A stretch of DNA of 64,000 bases from Moniliella sp. 'wahieum' (taxonomy: Eukaryota): assembly GCA_003971905.1 (NCBI GenBank), contig RSEE01000023.1:186001-250000 (forward strand). The letters run 5' to 3'. How positions within the stretch are numbered: position 1 is the first letter of the stretch; each line of letters opens with the position of its first letter. The notes beneath the pieces are model-generated. The model was not told the origin of the DNA, searched no databases, and saw only the letters and a program-made list of their open reading frames with translations. The position numbers and the translations under genes were made by a program. Shown piece by piece: positions 12,978-25,747 of this stretch.

Positions 12978-13723
12978 ACTATCCAGTGGGGCAAGTCCGG
13001 GCATGGGCTCTCCTGTGCCGCCCGAGTAGACTCTCCCTTGGGGGACACAGGCCCAGTGGCTGCACTCGACCCTGCCGTCACGACAGCGTTGCCCGATCGG
13101 GAAAAGAATGGCTGGGGCGTGGGGCGTGTGTCCTCCCGGGTGGGTGCACCGTCTGGCACAGGGACAGTCTCGCTAAAGGGATCGGATGGCTGAAAGTCAT
13201 ACAGCCAGCAGGGGGCGAGTGTGCTGCGCTGGGACCCTGCCATGTCGCGCTTTAAACATTACTCGATGCGTGAAGAAGCGCTTGCCCTGGGGATGGCGCT
13301 ACTCCGACGTCTTACCTGCTTCATCGAGCGTCGGCTAGGGGCGCGGAGGCCGGTAAGCGCGAGGCTGAGGAAGCAGAGGTGCAGCCGCGGCCTCTCACCA
13401 TCAATGCTCTGCATGAGCCCACTGAATCCATTGCACGCAGCAGCCTGCTTATATACCGTTACAGCCGACAGCCAAACTAGGAATCGATAACCTGCGTTCT
13501 GTAGGATCCTCCGCAATCAGAGGGAACCATTAACAACGACAACGATGGAATCATCGTAATAATAGTACACACAGTTTTAGTATACACTCGACCGCCACAG
13601 TCATGGACGATGCGTTTTATACGCGTTATACCGCGCACGATTCTGGTCCAACACCTGCTATACCCGAAGACGATACATCCTCCTTGTCTCCCCATCCATC
13701 TCACCGACAGCAGGCATGCTGGC

Positions 13724-14600
13724 TTATCTATAATCTCTTCCGTCTCCCCTAAATGGATGCCGACGCGCCTGGTTCAACGGCTTGACGCCCAATCCCCTTG
13801 GTGCACTGACCCCACCGATCCCCTTTGCGCTGCTCGGCCCAGGCCCTGGCCGCACTCCTGGATCCTCAGAGGGGCAAGGACGTTTGGACCCAGCAAAAAC
13901 GCGAACCTTATTCGGCGACGCACTCTTGGAGGGGGACAAGATGCGGCTGGGGCCCGAAGCATGTTCCCCTTTCTCATTTCCTTCAGTGGCAGAGACGACT
14001 TGGTCTTGTGCGGTAGATGCCATAGTGCGCGCTTCGTCTCGCTCAGCTTGCAGCACCGCTCGCTCAGCCTCGGCATGGTTCGCCTTGGCCTCTGTGGCAG
14101 CCAAGGAGCGGGACGATCGCTCGGCTTCAGCAGCATGAGAAACAGACATCTCGACCAGGCGGAAATGGAAGGCCTGTATAGCCTCGTCGGCCGCACAGAC
14201 GACAGCTCTGATTGGATCGTCAAGTGCGTCTTCCCCCCGAGCGGGAGAGGACGGGGCAGCATTGGTGTCTAGACCCATGGAGAGGCTGGCGTCAAAATCT
14301 GGGAAGAGTGGGGTGGGGGCGCAGCACCGATTCGTCGGCCGCGTACCGCCCCCAATCGCTGCCGTGCATCAAGGACAGATGCGGGGCGAGCGCGTCAAGC
14401 ATCTGGGTATGTCCATCTAGCTGCCCTGTCGCCGTCTCCGTGTCCTCTCCTGCTTTTTCTCCTGTGTTTGTGGCTGATGGGACGGGAGAGAGGGAATGGT
14501 TTCTCTGCGCCTCCCGGCTGAGGGCTTGGGCCAGACGGCGTAGTTTGGCCTCGCTCGCCCTAAGACATGCTGCTAGACGTGCTGTGGACACCCACAACAC
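13724..14600 (-). CDS. Uncharacterised protein with coiled-coil segment; boundaries approximate
   Basis: Adjacent - strand ORFs 14292-14600 and 13724-14278 (..SHAAEAERSSRSLAATEAKANHAEAERAVLQAERDEAR..), followed by an AT-rich, 3'UTR-like tract near 13530-13630. Confidence 0.45.
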
Positions 14601-14862
14601 ATGGGGGCCACATTAAAAGTGCCGTTTAGTGTGAGGCGTTTGTCGGAACGCGGATGCATCGCGTGGCCCATAAATCACCTGTTCAATTTGAACGTTCAAC
14701 ATGCAATCTATGGGGATCTGGCCGATGCAGTTCTGACTGGGGTTCCATCAGTTCTCTCCATCTGCCACCTTCTCATTTGAGGTTGAGGCGGTACCACGGA
14801 TGTCAGCCTCTATGCACAAGCAAAGTAAAGGGGAATGGGAAATTGATGTATCAGACTGTGGA

Positions 14863-17102
14863 TTACGTCGCCCAATGCTCAATTCTTCGTCTTTGCCGCG
14901 CGCACCTGCCTTCGGTCTTGATGAGGCGAACGAGCGAGACGAGCAAGGGCACGGCGCAGGGGCAAAGAGAGGGGTGTAGATGGCGTACTTGTGTTCGTCG
15001 GGGAAGTAAAGCTGGGCAATCATAGAGGGGTGCAAGAAGCTGCGGGTGGAAAGGTAGGAGGCGTCCCATGCGTGGCGCAGCAGTTGTCGCAGTGGTTGGT
15101 CCGATAAGAGCGAGGGAGCAGCGGCCATATGCAGTGCAGCAAGCGCCGCTTCAAAGTCAGCATGCACATGGCGGTCCACTCCCAGCGCCTCCATCTGTTG
15201 AATCAGACGGGTAGTGGAGCGCAGCGTATCCCGTGCCGCCCGTACATTTTCGTGGATCCGAGCAAGAGCGAGAAGATCGGGGGCAAAGCGTGGGCTACTG
15301 CCGCCCTTGACCAGGGGATACCCAACAGCTTACGAAGCTGCTTGTCCCACAGCAGCAGCGCATCGTCTAGCCGTTCGTGGCTCAAGGGTACAGCGTACCC
15401 GGTTTCTGGTTTTTGCTCCAGCACCACCCCGCCCCCTGGGGAATGACCCAGCTGTGCGATGGGCTCACGTCCCCATCCCCACCGCGGACAAACAGGGGGC
15501 GGTGCCTTGGCGCAGGACATAGTAAAGCATATGCAGCGTCTGTGGCTCTTCTTGTCTCTGTCCCGACCCTGGCGGTTCAGTCGTCTCCCCGCCCATGGAG
15601 TAAGGGTAACGGGAAGACTTCCTCCTAAGCTCCAGGCTCCGGCATTGACAAACGTTTGCAAATCAGCCGGCTCCACCACTGAACGGGTGGCGGTGTGATT
15701 GACGTCTTGCTCCTCCATAAACCACTGCAGCGCAAACGACCCATCGTCGGCGCCGGAGTCAGGCCCAGACTCCTTTTGCTCAGAGCCCACCTCTTCTGTA
15801 CTTGATGCGTCTGCAAGAGCTGGTGGCTCCTCGGGGGAGGTGGGGAGGTGATCTTGGGACGAAGTATCCTCGGAGTTCTCGTCCTCCTTCACTGGCTCTG
15901 GAGAAACGTCATTGGGAGGAGGCAGGGATTCCGGAGATGCGGAAGCAACGGGAATCGCCCGCTGAACTCGGACATACTCCTTGGCAGTCCAAGAAACCGT
16001 GTCGAGGGTAGGCTCAAAGGCAAGTGGAGCATGGAAGAGCATCTGTGTCGTCACCTGAAAATGGTGCAGTCCCAACCGGGAAAGCGAGGCGAGGGTAGCT
16101 GCCAACCTGTCAGCTCCGTTGGTTTGCTGTAGTGTATGCTCTCCTTCGAGCACAGCAGGTGTGCGAGGATCAGCCTGTTCCCGGGCCAGCGACTGCTCCA
16201 GTGCGTTGGCCAAAGACCAGAAGTGTACTGGCGAATCGATCTCATCTCTTGCCGTGGGAGTTCCACGGGAATCAGTTGTATTGTCAGGGGTTGCAGCGAC
16301 ATCGAGATCGAGATCGGAATCAGTTGGAAGGAAGGTGGTGTCCTCCTGCACGAGGCTGAACACAATCTCGACTGAGCGCATGTACTGGATCGCCTTGCTC
16401 GAGGCTTCTCCCGCCGGATCCGACTGGCACACTCCCCCCGCGTGAGAAAGGCATGAGATGGGGAACAATTCCAGGAAGCCGGCAGCAATGTTGGACCCGG
16501 CGTTGGGTGCTGCTACATCCACACTCAGGGGGAGAACAGCGGACAACTCGGCGGCCGCCGGCTGGGAGGTGCTTTGTGAATCACCACGCCGCGATGCGGT
16601 AGTCTAGCACATACCCATTGTGAGGTCCTTCCCAATCCGTTTCGTTCGAGCCGGAGAGGGAGTGAGTCAAGGCTTGAAGAGGAGTGGGGTACTCGTCTGC
16701 TTCTGAGGCGGGACCACATCAAAGCGGATGCAGGCTGCAGCGCCACCATCGCCGCCGGACAATCGGTCGGACTCAGTAGCTTGGCTAGCAGCGTGGCGGA
16801 GGACATCCTGGGTGTCTTGGGCAACAGCGACCCAATCCAATGTGTGTCCTCCATGGGGAACGAGGCGAATGCGGATCGGAAAGAGGGCAAGACAGTCTGG
16901 GGTGTCGGCGGGATCGGCATCGATGATGGGGTCGGCGGGCAAGCGCGGCGCTCGATGGCAGTGGTGTGCCACCAGGCGGGCAAGCAGGCGGCGGCGAGCA
17001 GCAGCACACTGCACAGGATAGCGCTGCGTACGCCCAGGCCCTGGAACGCATCAAGGCGCTTGCTAGGCGCCGAAGCGCGGCAGCCAGCGACGCAGGCGTC
17101 AT
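14863..17102 (-). CDS. GPI17: GPI transamidase subunit PIG-S/Gpi17
   Basis: N-terminal TM ..LLLAAACLPAWWHTTAIERRA; WDKQLRKLLGI; C-terminal signature SFLHPSMIAQLYFPDEHKYAIYTPLFAP followed by TM AVPLLVSLVRLIK. Several frameshifts. Confidence 0.9.
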
Positions 17103-17265
17103 GGCAGCGCAGCCGGTTCGAGATGGGGGGGAGAGGTGGGGGAAGGGAAATGGGAGGCGGGCGCGCCAGCTTCCGGCGGCAAGTCCAGGCTCAGTCTCGG
17201 GCTCAAGGCTCAACTTGAGCTGGTCAACCTGATCACGGGCGTGGTTAGCTGGAGCTCAGCCTCGA

Positions 17266-17306
17266 CTTGAAGTTGAAGGTTGAAGGTTGAAGCTTCAAGC
17301 TTCAAG
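17266..17306. promoter_or_regulatory. TTGAAG(C/G) heptamer array with inverted centre (TTGAAGCTTCAA) in the divergent GPI17/BST1 promoter
   Basis: cttgaagttgaaggttgaaggttgaagcttcaagcttcaagg; the same motif recurs in other intergenic regions. Confidence 0.5.
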
Positions 17307-17576
17307 GCCCAAGCTAGCCAAACGCTGCCAAACGCTCGCGCTGCTCACGCCTTCCTGGACGCCAGGCGGGGCGTGTTCCACCCCGGCAATGTTGCAACTG
17401 TTCAATTGAAACGCACTCTTCGTGCGATGATCCGATGACGACCAGTGACTATCGATGACAATCCTGAACGTTCAATATTCAATTGAGACCTCCCGCTAAC
17501 AGCAGCGCAACAGCAACACCACAGCAGCAGCCGTGTGGACCCCACCTCCGTCGCCACATCCACCACCGCCTGTCGC

Positions 17577-20500
17577 GATGGACTGGGCCGCTGGCGCGTG
17601 GGTCCGCTTGACGCGCACCAGGCTCAATGTACTTCTGGCCGCCGCCGCGCTCTATCTACCGCGCTGTGGTGGGGGCGTGGGTGGGTGGTGGCGGAGCTAC
17701 CCAACCGGTTGGGGGCGACGCAGGCGTGCGAGATGAGCCGCATGTGGCCGGCCTACGCGGACTATACGCCGCGGATGGTCTCGCCCTCGGGCCTGGCGGC
17801 ATCTGTGCCAGGACGGGCCGGGAAATACCGCCTGCTGCTCTACCGTGAAGGCTACCTTCAGCCCAGCATCCAGATGCCTTCCCGCCCTCGGGCCAGCCTG
17901 CCCTCTTTGTCCCAGGCAACGCTGGCAGCTACGGCCAAGTACGCAGTGTGGCTTCCAGCGCAGCGTACCAGTACTGGTCCCATGACTACGTCGCAGACCC
18001 TTCTGCCTTTGATGGCACCCCTCGGCCCGAGTGGAGCAACCTGACTGCCCGCGGCATCGATTGGTGGACATCGACTTTAACGAAGACTTTTCTGCCCTCC
18101 ATGGTGACACCCTTGTTGAACAGGCCGTCTTTGTTAATGAGGCGATCACTTACCTCCAATCCCTTTACCCAGGCGATCACGTCCGTGTGCCTCTTCTGGC
18201 CCACTCCATGGGTGGAATCGTATCCCGCCTGGCCATGGCTCTCCCTGAGCACCCCCCACGCAGCGTCGACACCCTCGTAACCCTTTCCACCCCTCATGCA
18301 TATCCTGTTTTGGCTTTTGATGGAGGGATTGCAAGTGTCTACCGCCTCATCAATGCTGCGCCCGCCTTGCCCGAACCACCGCTGTTGGTCAGCATTGCGT
18401 GGTGCGTTGGATGTTCAAGTTTCCCCTGACGCTGCCAATATCGCCGTCTCCCCCGTCTGGAAGGGGGAAAACATCACCATCTCTAGCAATGCTGTGCCAG
18501 GAACGTGGTGCAGCGTCGACCACTTGGCCATCATGTGGTGCCACCAACTGCGTACCCGCGTCGCTACCGGTTTTCTGCAGTCGGCATTGCCCGGGTACAG
18601 TAGCCAGCGGAAGGCCATGTGGCTCAAGGCCCTGGGAGTGGTCAATGATCAAGTCCCCTTCCTCCCAGCTGGCGAAGATGTCGAGATTGAAGCAGTGGTA
18701 AACGAGATCTCGCTCGATTATGAGAATCCTGATTCGTCGCTGAGCCTGGTAACCAACAGAGCGCCCGCTACGGTCTTCCAGGTTAGGCTGTGCCACCAGC
18801 CTGTAGGTGGGCCGTGCTATCTTCTTCCACCTGAGCGCTGGAGACTTATGCCGCCATCTTCCGAGTACGCTTTGGATTTCCCTGATCCCAGCGTGACGTA
18901 TGGTACTCAAGGTCAGGGGTTGTGGCACGCGTTACTCTCGGTCGGCGCGTTGCGCGCATTGGGATCCAGCAAATCTATGTTGAGCGTTTGGACCCGGACA
19001 TTGCTGCGTTCATGGAGCCCACGTTTGCTCCGCCTCCTACTTGGCCTCCGAGATCGCCGTGTCCACCATGGGTCGTACACTCGAGTTCTTCTGCCCGAGG
19101 TGGACTCAAGCTTAAAAGTGTTCGAGCTTGAGGTCGATATTCCTCCTCGCCATTGCTTGCCCCCCACCACATTCAAGATTGGTTTCTCCTTTGATTCGAG
19201 TCAGCAGCCAAAGCAGTTTGGATAGGTATGGTCCCCTTCTCTCAATATGGTGGGACCAATCGGCTTACGGTTGCGCTCACTGGCAGCGCACCGCTCTCAC
19301 CCCCGCTCGACCCTTCGCAACGAGGAGCACTTGTCGAGTTGTGGATGGACAAAAAGCCCATGTCAGGTCTGGCAGCCGAATGCGACCGAGCACCTGTGCG
19401 CATTCGAGCCAAACGCCAATGGATCGCTTCGGCAGGGCGGGTGTTTATACGTACGCACCGCGCTGGTTATTGTTCCGATCATTCAGCTTGCCTTCGTCTT
19501 AATTTTGGCCAAAGTATCCCCATCTGGTATGTCGGCCTGCCGTCTTGATCCGTTCCTTTTCTCTGACTGTTCCTTTCCAGCCGGCACCACAACCCTCATT
19601 TTTCAATCGCTTTTAGCATCAGGGGTTGCCTCGGCAGCTGTCCTTATCGCGTGTGACTTACTCGCCTCTGTCCTCCCTGCTTGGTCGGTCTACCCTTTCT
19701 TTAGCACAGGCACCTTGGGGCTAGGCCTGACGTTTTCAGGGTTAAGCCTACCGGAACGAGTTGGGACTATACTACTGGTCGTGCTGACGGGCCTGGCACT
19801 GACCCTCGCTGGTACGGGGATTTTAGGCATTCTCGTCACACTATTCCGGCTAGGTGCCAAATGTCTACCCGCCCATACCCTCACCAGCGGGCCAAGTGCT
19901 GGCTCCACCAGCTCAAGCTCTTGGGGGTGGACGGTCTTTTGGCGTACGCTGCCCAGCGTAGTGATTGCACTTGCTGTGGGCTTGTTTGTTCCCCATCAGG
20001 TGGTGATTGTCGTCCTGCTGCTGATCCAGCTTGCCCTTGTCTCCGTCTTGCCCAATCGTGGGCCGAACAGCCGAGCTGACGCTTTGTTGCTCTATGTCCT
20101 CTTTTGGCTCATTCCTCTACGGGGCCCCGGGCTGTTTGTCTGGGTGCGCAACATGATCTTTGGTTGGTCGTCACCGGCCGGCATCAAACTTACCTCAATG
20201 CCTGGGCTGAGCGAGGCAAGTGGGGACCACAACCCGTTCTTTATCCTCCCCTTTTTCGCCCTGGTTCAACGGAGTGTGTCTCAGTCTTTCCGTCCCATGT
20301 CTGCCACACCACCAAATGGGCCAGGTCGGTTCCCTTACCTTGAACTCGCTGCCCTTCTTGTCGCGATCGTTGTGGTTGCTGCCTTGGCGCCGTACAAGAC
20401 CTACTTGTGCTTTGACGTGGTGTGCTTCCTCCTGCTGCGGCTTACTGGGCCACGACAGCGCACTGGCGACCAGCACCCAAGGCTCGCCCCGACGTGGTGG

Positions 20501-20600
20501 AAGGCTACACTTTCTCTCCGGATCAGCGCATTGAGCTGGGACCTCTCCTTCCCAGCCAAGTATCTGCCGCTTCTTCCCTGCCTGCCGAGTTGATCCCGCC
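17577..20600 (+). CDS. BST1: GPI inositol-deacylase (PGAP1/Bst1)
   Basis: CEMSRMWPAY; KYRLLLYREG; LFVPGNAGSYGQVRSVAS (after frame repair); DFNEDFSALHG; lipase box LLAHSMGGIVSR; LVTLSTPH; VDHLAIMWCHQL; multi-TM C-terminal half (ORF 19247-20593). Confidence 0.93.
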
Positions 20601-20691
20601 GGATCTCGAGAGTGCAGGTAAGGGTGCGAGCAACGTCGAGCGCATCGCCGAGACGGACAAAGAGGAGAAGCCCGACGAGCCCGAACATCTC

Positions 20692-21342
20692 ATGGAAAGA
20701 GCCAGGGAGGAAGCGTCGGTGCCGCCCTCACCCCTTACTCCCCCTCCCAGCCCACCGGTCCAGCTGGATCGTGCGATCAAGGTGTACCTGGACGAGGTAG
20801 ATGTGTACGAAGCGGCACGGGAACGAGCCCATGCCGCTCTCACAGGGGGCTCATGTCACTTGCCAAGGCTCGGATGGAGGTACCAGCAGGGGCTGGGCGC
20901 GCGAATCGGCAAGGACGGGTTGGATGCGCGCGTCCGCACAGCCAGCTTGCACGTGCGGGTAGAGCAAGAACCTGATGGCCCCATTCGCTGGCGACTGGTC
21001 AAGCCCCCACCCCCGCCTGCACCCGAACCTTCACCCGAACCCGAATCCGAATCCAAAGGAGAGGGGAACAAGACAGAGAAAGCGCCTCCAAAAAAGACGC
21101 TTCGCCCGGTTGACCCTCTTTACCAGTTTGCTGCCCTACCTCCTCCGGCGCTGAGAAGGGCCCAAACGCAGTTCCGCGAGGCCTTGCTTGCCCTGGTAGG
21201 GCCTTTGGAATCTACGGCCTCTCCAGGATCTGACAAGGCCCACACGGATGGGGAAAACGCGCCCAAGCCTAGTATGGCTGAAAGCATTGCTGCGCTCAGT
21301 GGGCTGGCTGACCGCGTCCAAACCGCTCAAACGGAGCTATAA
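20692..21342 (+). CDS. VMA22: Vma22/CCDC115-like V-ATPase assembly factor domain (possibly the C-terminal part of the BST1 polypeptide)
   Basis: LDRAIKVYLDEVDVYEAARE..LTGGFMSLAKAR (after frame repair) and C-terminal VDPLYQFAALPPPALRRAQTQFREAL match the Vma22/CCDC115 DPLxxFxxLxPxxLRxAQxxF motif. Confidence 0.75.
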   Translation: MERAREEASVPPSPLTPPPSPPVQLDRAIKVYLDEVDVYEAARERAHAALTGGSCHLPRLGWRYQQGLGARIGKDGLDARVRTASLHVRVEQEPDGPIRWRLVKPPPPPAPEPSPEPESESKGEGNKTEKAPPKKTLRPVDPLYQFAALPPPALRRAQTQFREALLALVGPLESTASPGSDKAHTDGENAPKPSMAESIAALSGLADRVQTAQTEL

Positions 21343-21578
21343 CCCCCGCCCATCTGCAAAAAAGACTGTGCCTGGATCCCTCGTGACATGGATGCAATTA
21401 TCGTCAGGTCTGTACGATCCATGTGCGATTGGCATGACCAGGGGGAATGTTGTCCAAAGAACATGTACGTTTGAGCCGGTATCGAACAAGGTAGATGATT
21501 ATAGATCAATCCTCGAAAATTACTTTCCTTCGGCGGGCGATGAGAAAGTAAATAGAAGCGTGAGCGTCACTCGTCCTT

Positions 21579-22855
21579 TCACTCGTCCTTACTCTTCGCC
21601 TCATCGTTGGTCGCCGCCTGCGAGGCCACTTCCCGCAACCAAAGGTAGTTGCTGAAGAGCCAGCCAGGACCAAAGAAGACGAAATGGGGAGCGGAGAAAT
21701 CCACTGAGGCAAGACCGGGGGTCAGCATTCGGTCCCTGTAGCAGGAAGAAGGAATATGGACTTACGTTCAGCACGCGACGTCGCGGGTGGATTTGAACAA
21801 TTTTGGTTTGTTCGACTTGCAGATCGTCGGCATATGCGTCAATCAACACCACCCAGTACTCGGCTAACGCGATCGCCAGCGTATCAAACAAAAGCAGCCA
21901 TTCTCCATCACTGCTCATACCACCCTTTTTGACCAGAGCATAAACGGCGCCCAGATAGTCCCGCGGGGACGAAACCAGCGTGGCACAGTCAAACAGAGCG
22001 TCACGACCATCAAACAATGTCACGAGAAGTGTCTTTCCTTCGTGCCACATTAGCCACATGGAAAACATGCAGCCCAAGTAGGACATAATGCTGTTGTTCC
22101 AATACAGGTCGATGATCGCCGAATGGTTCTTCTTGTTGCCAGCGTGGCTTTAACGAGCTTGGCGACCACAGGCGCCAAAACCAGAGGGAGGAAAAACAGA
22201 GGCGAAAACTGAAAAGCGACATTGGTCCACACCCACTGAGGGTGGTCCACCCCCAGGAACGTAGTCAACATACTACTCCCCCAAAGGCGGCAGAGGCAAT
22301 TTGCAAAAACACAATGGCCAACGCCGGCGCGGGCGTACGAGGCACAAAGGCAGGGGAGCGGGCCTGGCGAAGGCGGTACCAAGCGTACCACGGGATGTAG
22401 AGGATGTTGAGTGCAGCACCCATCATGATAACCTGCCCCATCGACAGAATCAAGACGAACCACGAGACCAACAGGACCGTACAGCTCGGCTCCCGCAGCG
22501 CTTCCACAAACATGCTGGACACCATGGGCGTGGCTGCCATGCCGATACACTACCTCCCCGCGACCAAAGCGGGTGGCAAGCATGTGCTTGAAGAATAAGA
22601 CGAGCACCCAGAAGAAATTTACGGCTGTGTCCCATGCGGTAGCAAGAGGGGCGGCAGGCGAGTCAGGGTCAAAGAAGGAGGCAAATGTGCCCTTGGAAGG
22701 AGACAGGCCCAGCTGCCGCTTGACATGGACGGGGCCTTTGCGGAGGCTGTGTTGCATCTCGCCAAAGGGGCCGTGGTTGCCGCCACAAAGACGGCGACGC
22801 CCACCGCGATGCCAAGCAAGGCAGTGGTAACAACGCCTCTGACTTGGCCGGGCAT
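21579..22855 (-). CDS. Uncharacterised polytopic membrane protein (weak resemblance to fungal CtvD/AurD-type membrane proteins)
   Basis: Chain of hydrophobic - strand ORFs from MPGQVRGVVTTALLGIAVGVAVF.. to ..LLLFDTLAIAL.. and a terminal FVFFGPGWLFSNYLWLRE. The GPG..W.RE ending is the only family cue. Confidence 0.5.
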
Positions 22856-24893
22856 GAGCGGTGAGGCCAGAGGGCGGAGGGCGGGGGAAGGGAGAAGAGG
22901 GTGGTGGCAGAGGGCAAGGGGATCCTTTCGCATGCGCTATAACCGAATCGGACGAGCGTTAGGGATGTCCGATGGGGGCTGGCAAAACAGAGACCAGAGC
23001 GCCGCGGTTGGGGTAAAGAAGACAACCGTGCCCTTTCACGAGCGGTCACCGGTCATCACGCGTCGCGTCACGCCGTCAGCGTTCAGCCGGACCGTCACAC
23101 GTTACACGGATTGTCACGCGCCAAGCCCCGGCTTGGTATGCAGTGACTAGCACGTCCAGTGCCTCCTTCGTTGGACGACGCGTGACGCGGGCGTAACCGC
23201 GCAACACGTAACGCGTAACCCCGACTCGTCATCTCGACGTTGAAGCTTGAAGTTCAACAACACTGATTCCATGCATGCCATAGTAGTAGCGTTGTTCGTA
23301 GCACTCTCCCTCTTCCACTGCGCTTCGGCACCCCCACCTCCCACTTGCTGCTACTCTAGGCCTCCCCCGAGCCAGCAGTCGACAGCACTGGGTGTCTGGC
23401 GGTTCCTTCTAAGTTTTACGTCCTTTCATTCGCTGGTAACGATGGCCAACAAATCCCGGAAGGATCTCAGATCTCATCAATACTACTTGCATCATCAAAA
23501 CGTTGTTTAACCTTCAACAAACGTTCAACGCCAACAACCATATTGGCCTGCCTGCGCACAGACCCCACACAGACGGGGAGGTTTCCGCTTGTTCAAAGCC
23601 GATTGCCGTCAATTGGTTCGATCGTGTCACATACCCAATGCAACGAGGACGTTCAGGCTGAGCCTTAAGCTAAGCTTAGCGCTGTGCTGCTGAGCCTCAG
23701 ACCCTCCCTCAGGCCTCGGCCTCAACGGTCCAGCTGAGCGGCGAAGCACGGAGCGGCAGAGATGCGTCTCGTCTCTTTGGTCGGGGAACGGTTGCCGGTT
23801 ACCGGTTGACCGATGTTGGCCGAGGCAGCAAGATCTGCGTTGGGGCTGCCTGTGTTCGTGATAGTGGGTCGCACGGATGCCACAAGTGTAATAAGCTCCT
23901 ACCATCCTACCTGCCATGTGTACTCGCTGAGTTGTGACATGTGAGTGTGTGAGTGATGCGTTCACAGTGTTGTGAGTTGTGAGTTGCGAGTTGTGAGTTC
24001 TGAGAAGTGAGATCGATGTGACGTAGTGAGAGCTCAGTCTGAGTACTAGTATGAAGCGCTAAGCCTTAGCGCTAAGGCCTAAGGTTTAGGCTAAACTCTA
24101 TTCACATATTCACAGTGCTGGTCCGGGCACGGTCACGCGTCACGCCACGCGTCTCTTGATTATAGTGACTAGTGGAGTCACTACTTCTAGTACTCTAGTA
24201 GTTATATAGTTTAGTTACTAGTTACTAGTTAAGCGACGCGCACACGCACCCATCTAACTCAAGGCTTCAAGCTCGTCAAGCGGCTGACCAAGAATGGTGC
24301 TCAAGCTCTCAAAGAGAGGGGCCTGAGGAGCCCTGCCTGGGGAGGATCATTGAGAGTAGGATGGAGCAATGAAGCTTGGATGAACACGATCAGGCCGAAC
24401 TCCAATGGTCCAGGGCCTCATCCTGTGAGCAATTGGAAGTTGTGCCCACCGGATCGTGGTGCAGCGCGCGAACCAGGCGCGCGCGGGGGGGAGGGGATGA
24501 TGAGGAAAGAAAGAACTGTAGTCTGTAAAGAAAAGAATGGAAGAGTAACTGATATCCCGGAAGAAAAACTAGAAATCCATGATCAACACGAGAACTGAGC
24601 CGTAGCGAGATGGAAAGGGGGGGGGGGAGACGTCGACAGATCCGTGCAGGTGGGTCTGGCGTGGGGGGGGGCATATGCTGGGAGAGGGAGCGGGGGTAAA
24701 ACAGGATGGGGCATGGAGGATGGGGGGGAGGGGGCAGGTTGCAGGTGAGTAGGTAGGCATAAGGGGATAATACATCTGGGAATCCATGGCCAGGAGTCGA
24801 AGTGACATGGTACCCAGAGATCAGGGTACGATGCGAGGCCAACTAGGACGGCATTCACATAAAACAAACAAAAGAGAAAGGAGGTGTGTGCAC

Positions 24894-25747
24894 TCATGCT
24901 CGGAAGTGGCGACGGTGACGCGGGGCATTGGTGTTCGTCGCGGCAGCACCCGATGATGAAGCCAAGCCGGCCGAGTTCAGCACCTTCTCACCCAGAACTT
25001 GGGTTGGAAGCATGTTTGGAGGCCGCAATTGAAGGTACATGACAGACTGTAGGAAACATCCGGTGGTCAGTATACTCTTTTGGCGGGAGGGGGAGGCACA
25101 AGGACACAAGGAAACTCACCATTTTCTGCCCAGCCTGGCCACCGCCGCCGTCTTGGAACATTTGCAGAGCATACGCTGCGCTCCCGTTGGCTGGATCGTT
25201 CGCTCCAAAGCCCGAATCAGGCTCAATGTAGTTATACCACAAGGGGATGAGTTCAGGCTGGTAGTAGTAGTACTGAGTGAGTGTTTGGGCACCGCAGGCA
25301 TCGATGATCATGATCTTGCCATCCGTCTTCCAGGGCTGAAGCGACAAACTTCCATTGGAGTTGATGAGGTACGTGCCATGCTGCCAGATCAGGGAGGCTT
25401 TAACGCATCGGTTGACGGTAGCTACGATAGGTGTCAGACCAGAGAAATTCAAGAAATGATACGTGGGCAAGGCGGAGAGGACGTACCATTGGAAGTATAA
25501 ATGTACTTGGATTGCTCAAAGAAGCCATCTTCGGTGAAGGAATAGGCAATGCCACCAGATGCTGGGATGGTGAACGCGGCCGTGCTGGGGTTGAAGAAAG
25601 AAAGGCCAGTAGTGACATTGCCGGAGCCGCTGGACCAAGTGCCTTCGAGGGGAAGTGACATTGTTAAGCGCCTGCGCATGGGCGGGCAGGACAGCCAAGC
25701 TGGCGGCGATGAGCAGCGACAGCAGTGGCGAGAGAGCGGGAGAGCAT
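24894..25747 (-). CDS. ROT1: ER chaperone Rot1 family protein
   Basis: Signal peptide, then SLEGTWSSGSGNVTTG..FFNP..GIAYSFTEDGFFEQSKY, LIWQHGTYLINSNGSLSLQP..DGKIMIIDAC, MYLQLRPPNMLPTQVL. Two introns (~25425-25485 and ~25050-25118). Confidence 0.93.

Noticed and set aside
17266..17306. TTGAAGCTTCAA as a classical heat-shock element
   Set aside because: It contains GAAnnTTC once, but the arrays have 7-bp direct periodicity rather than alternating 5-bp nGAAn units.
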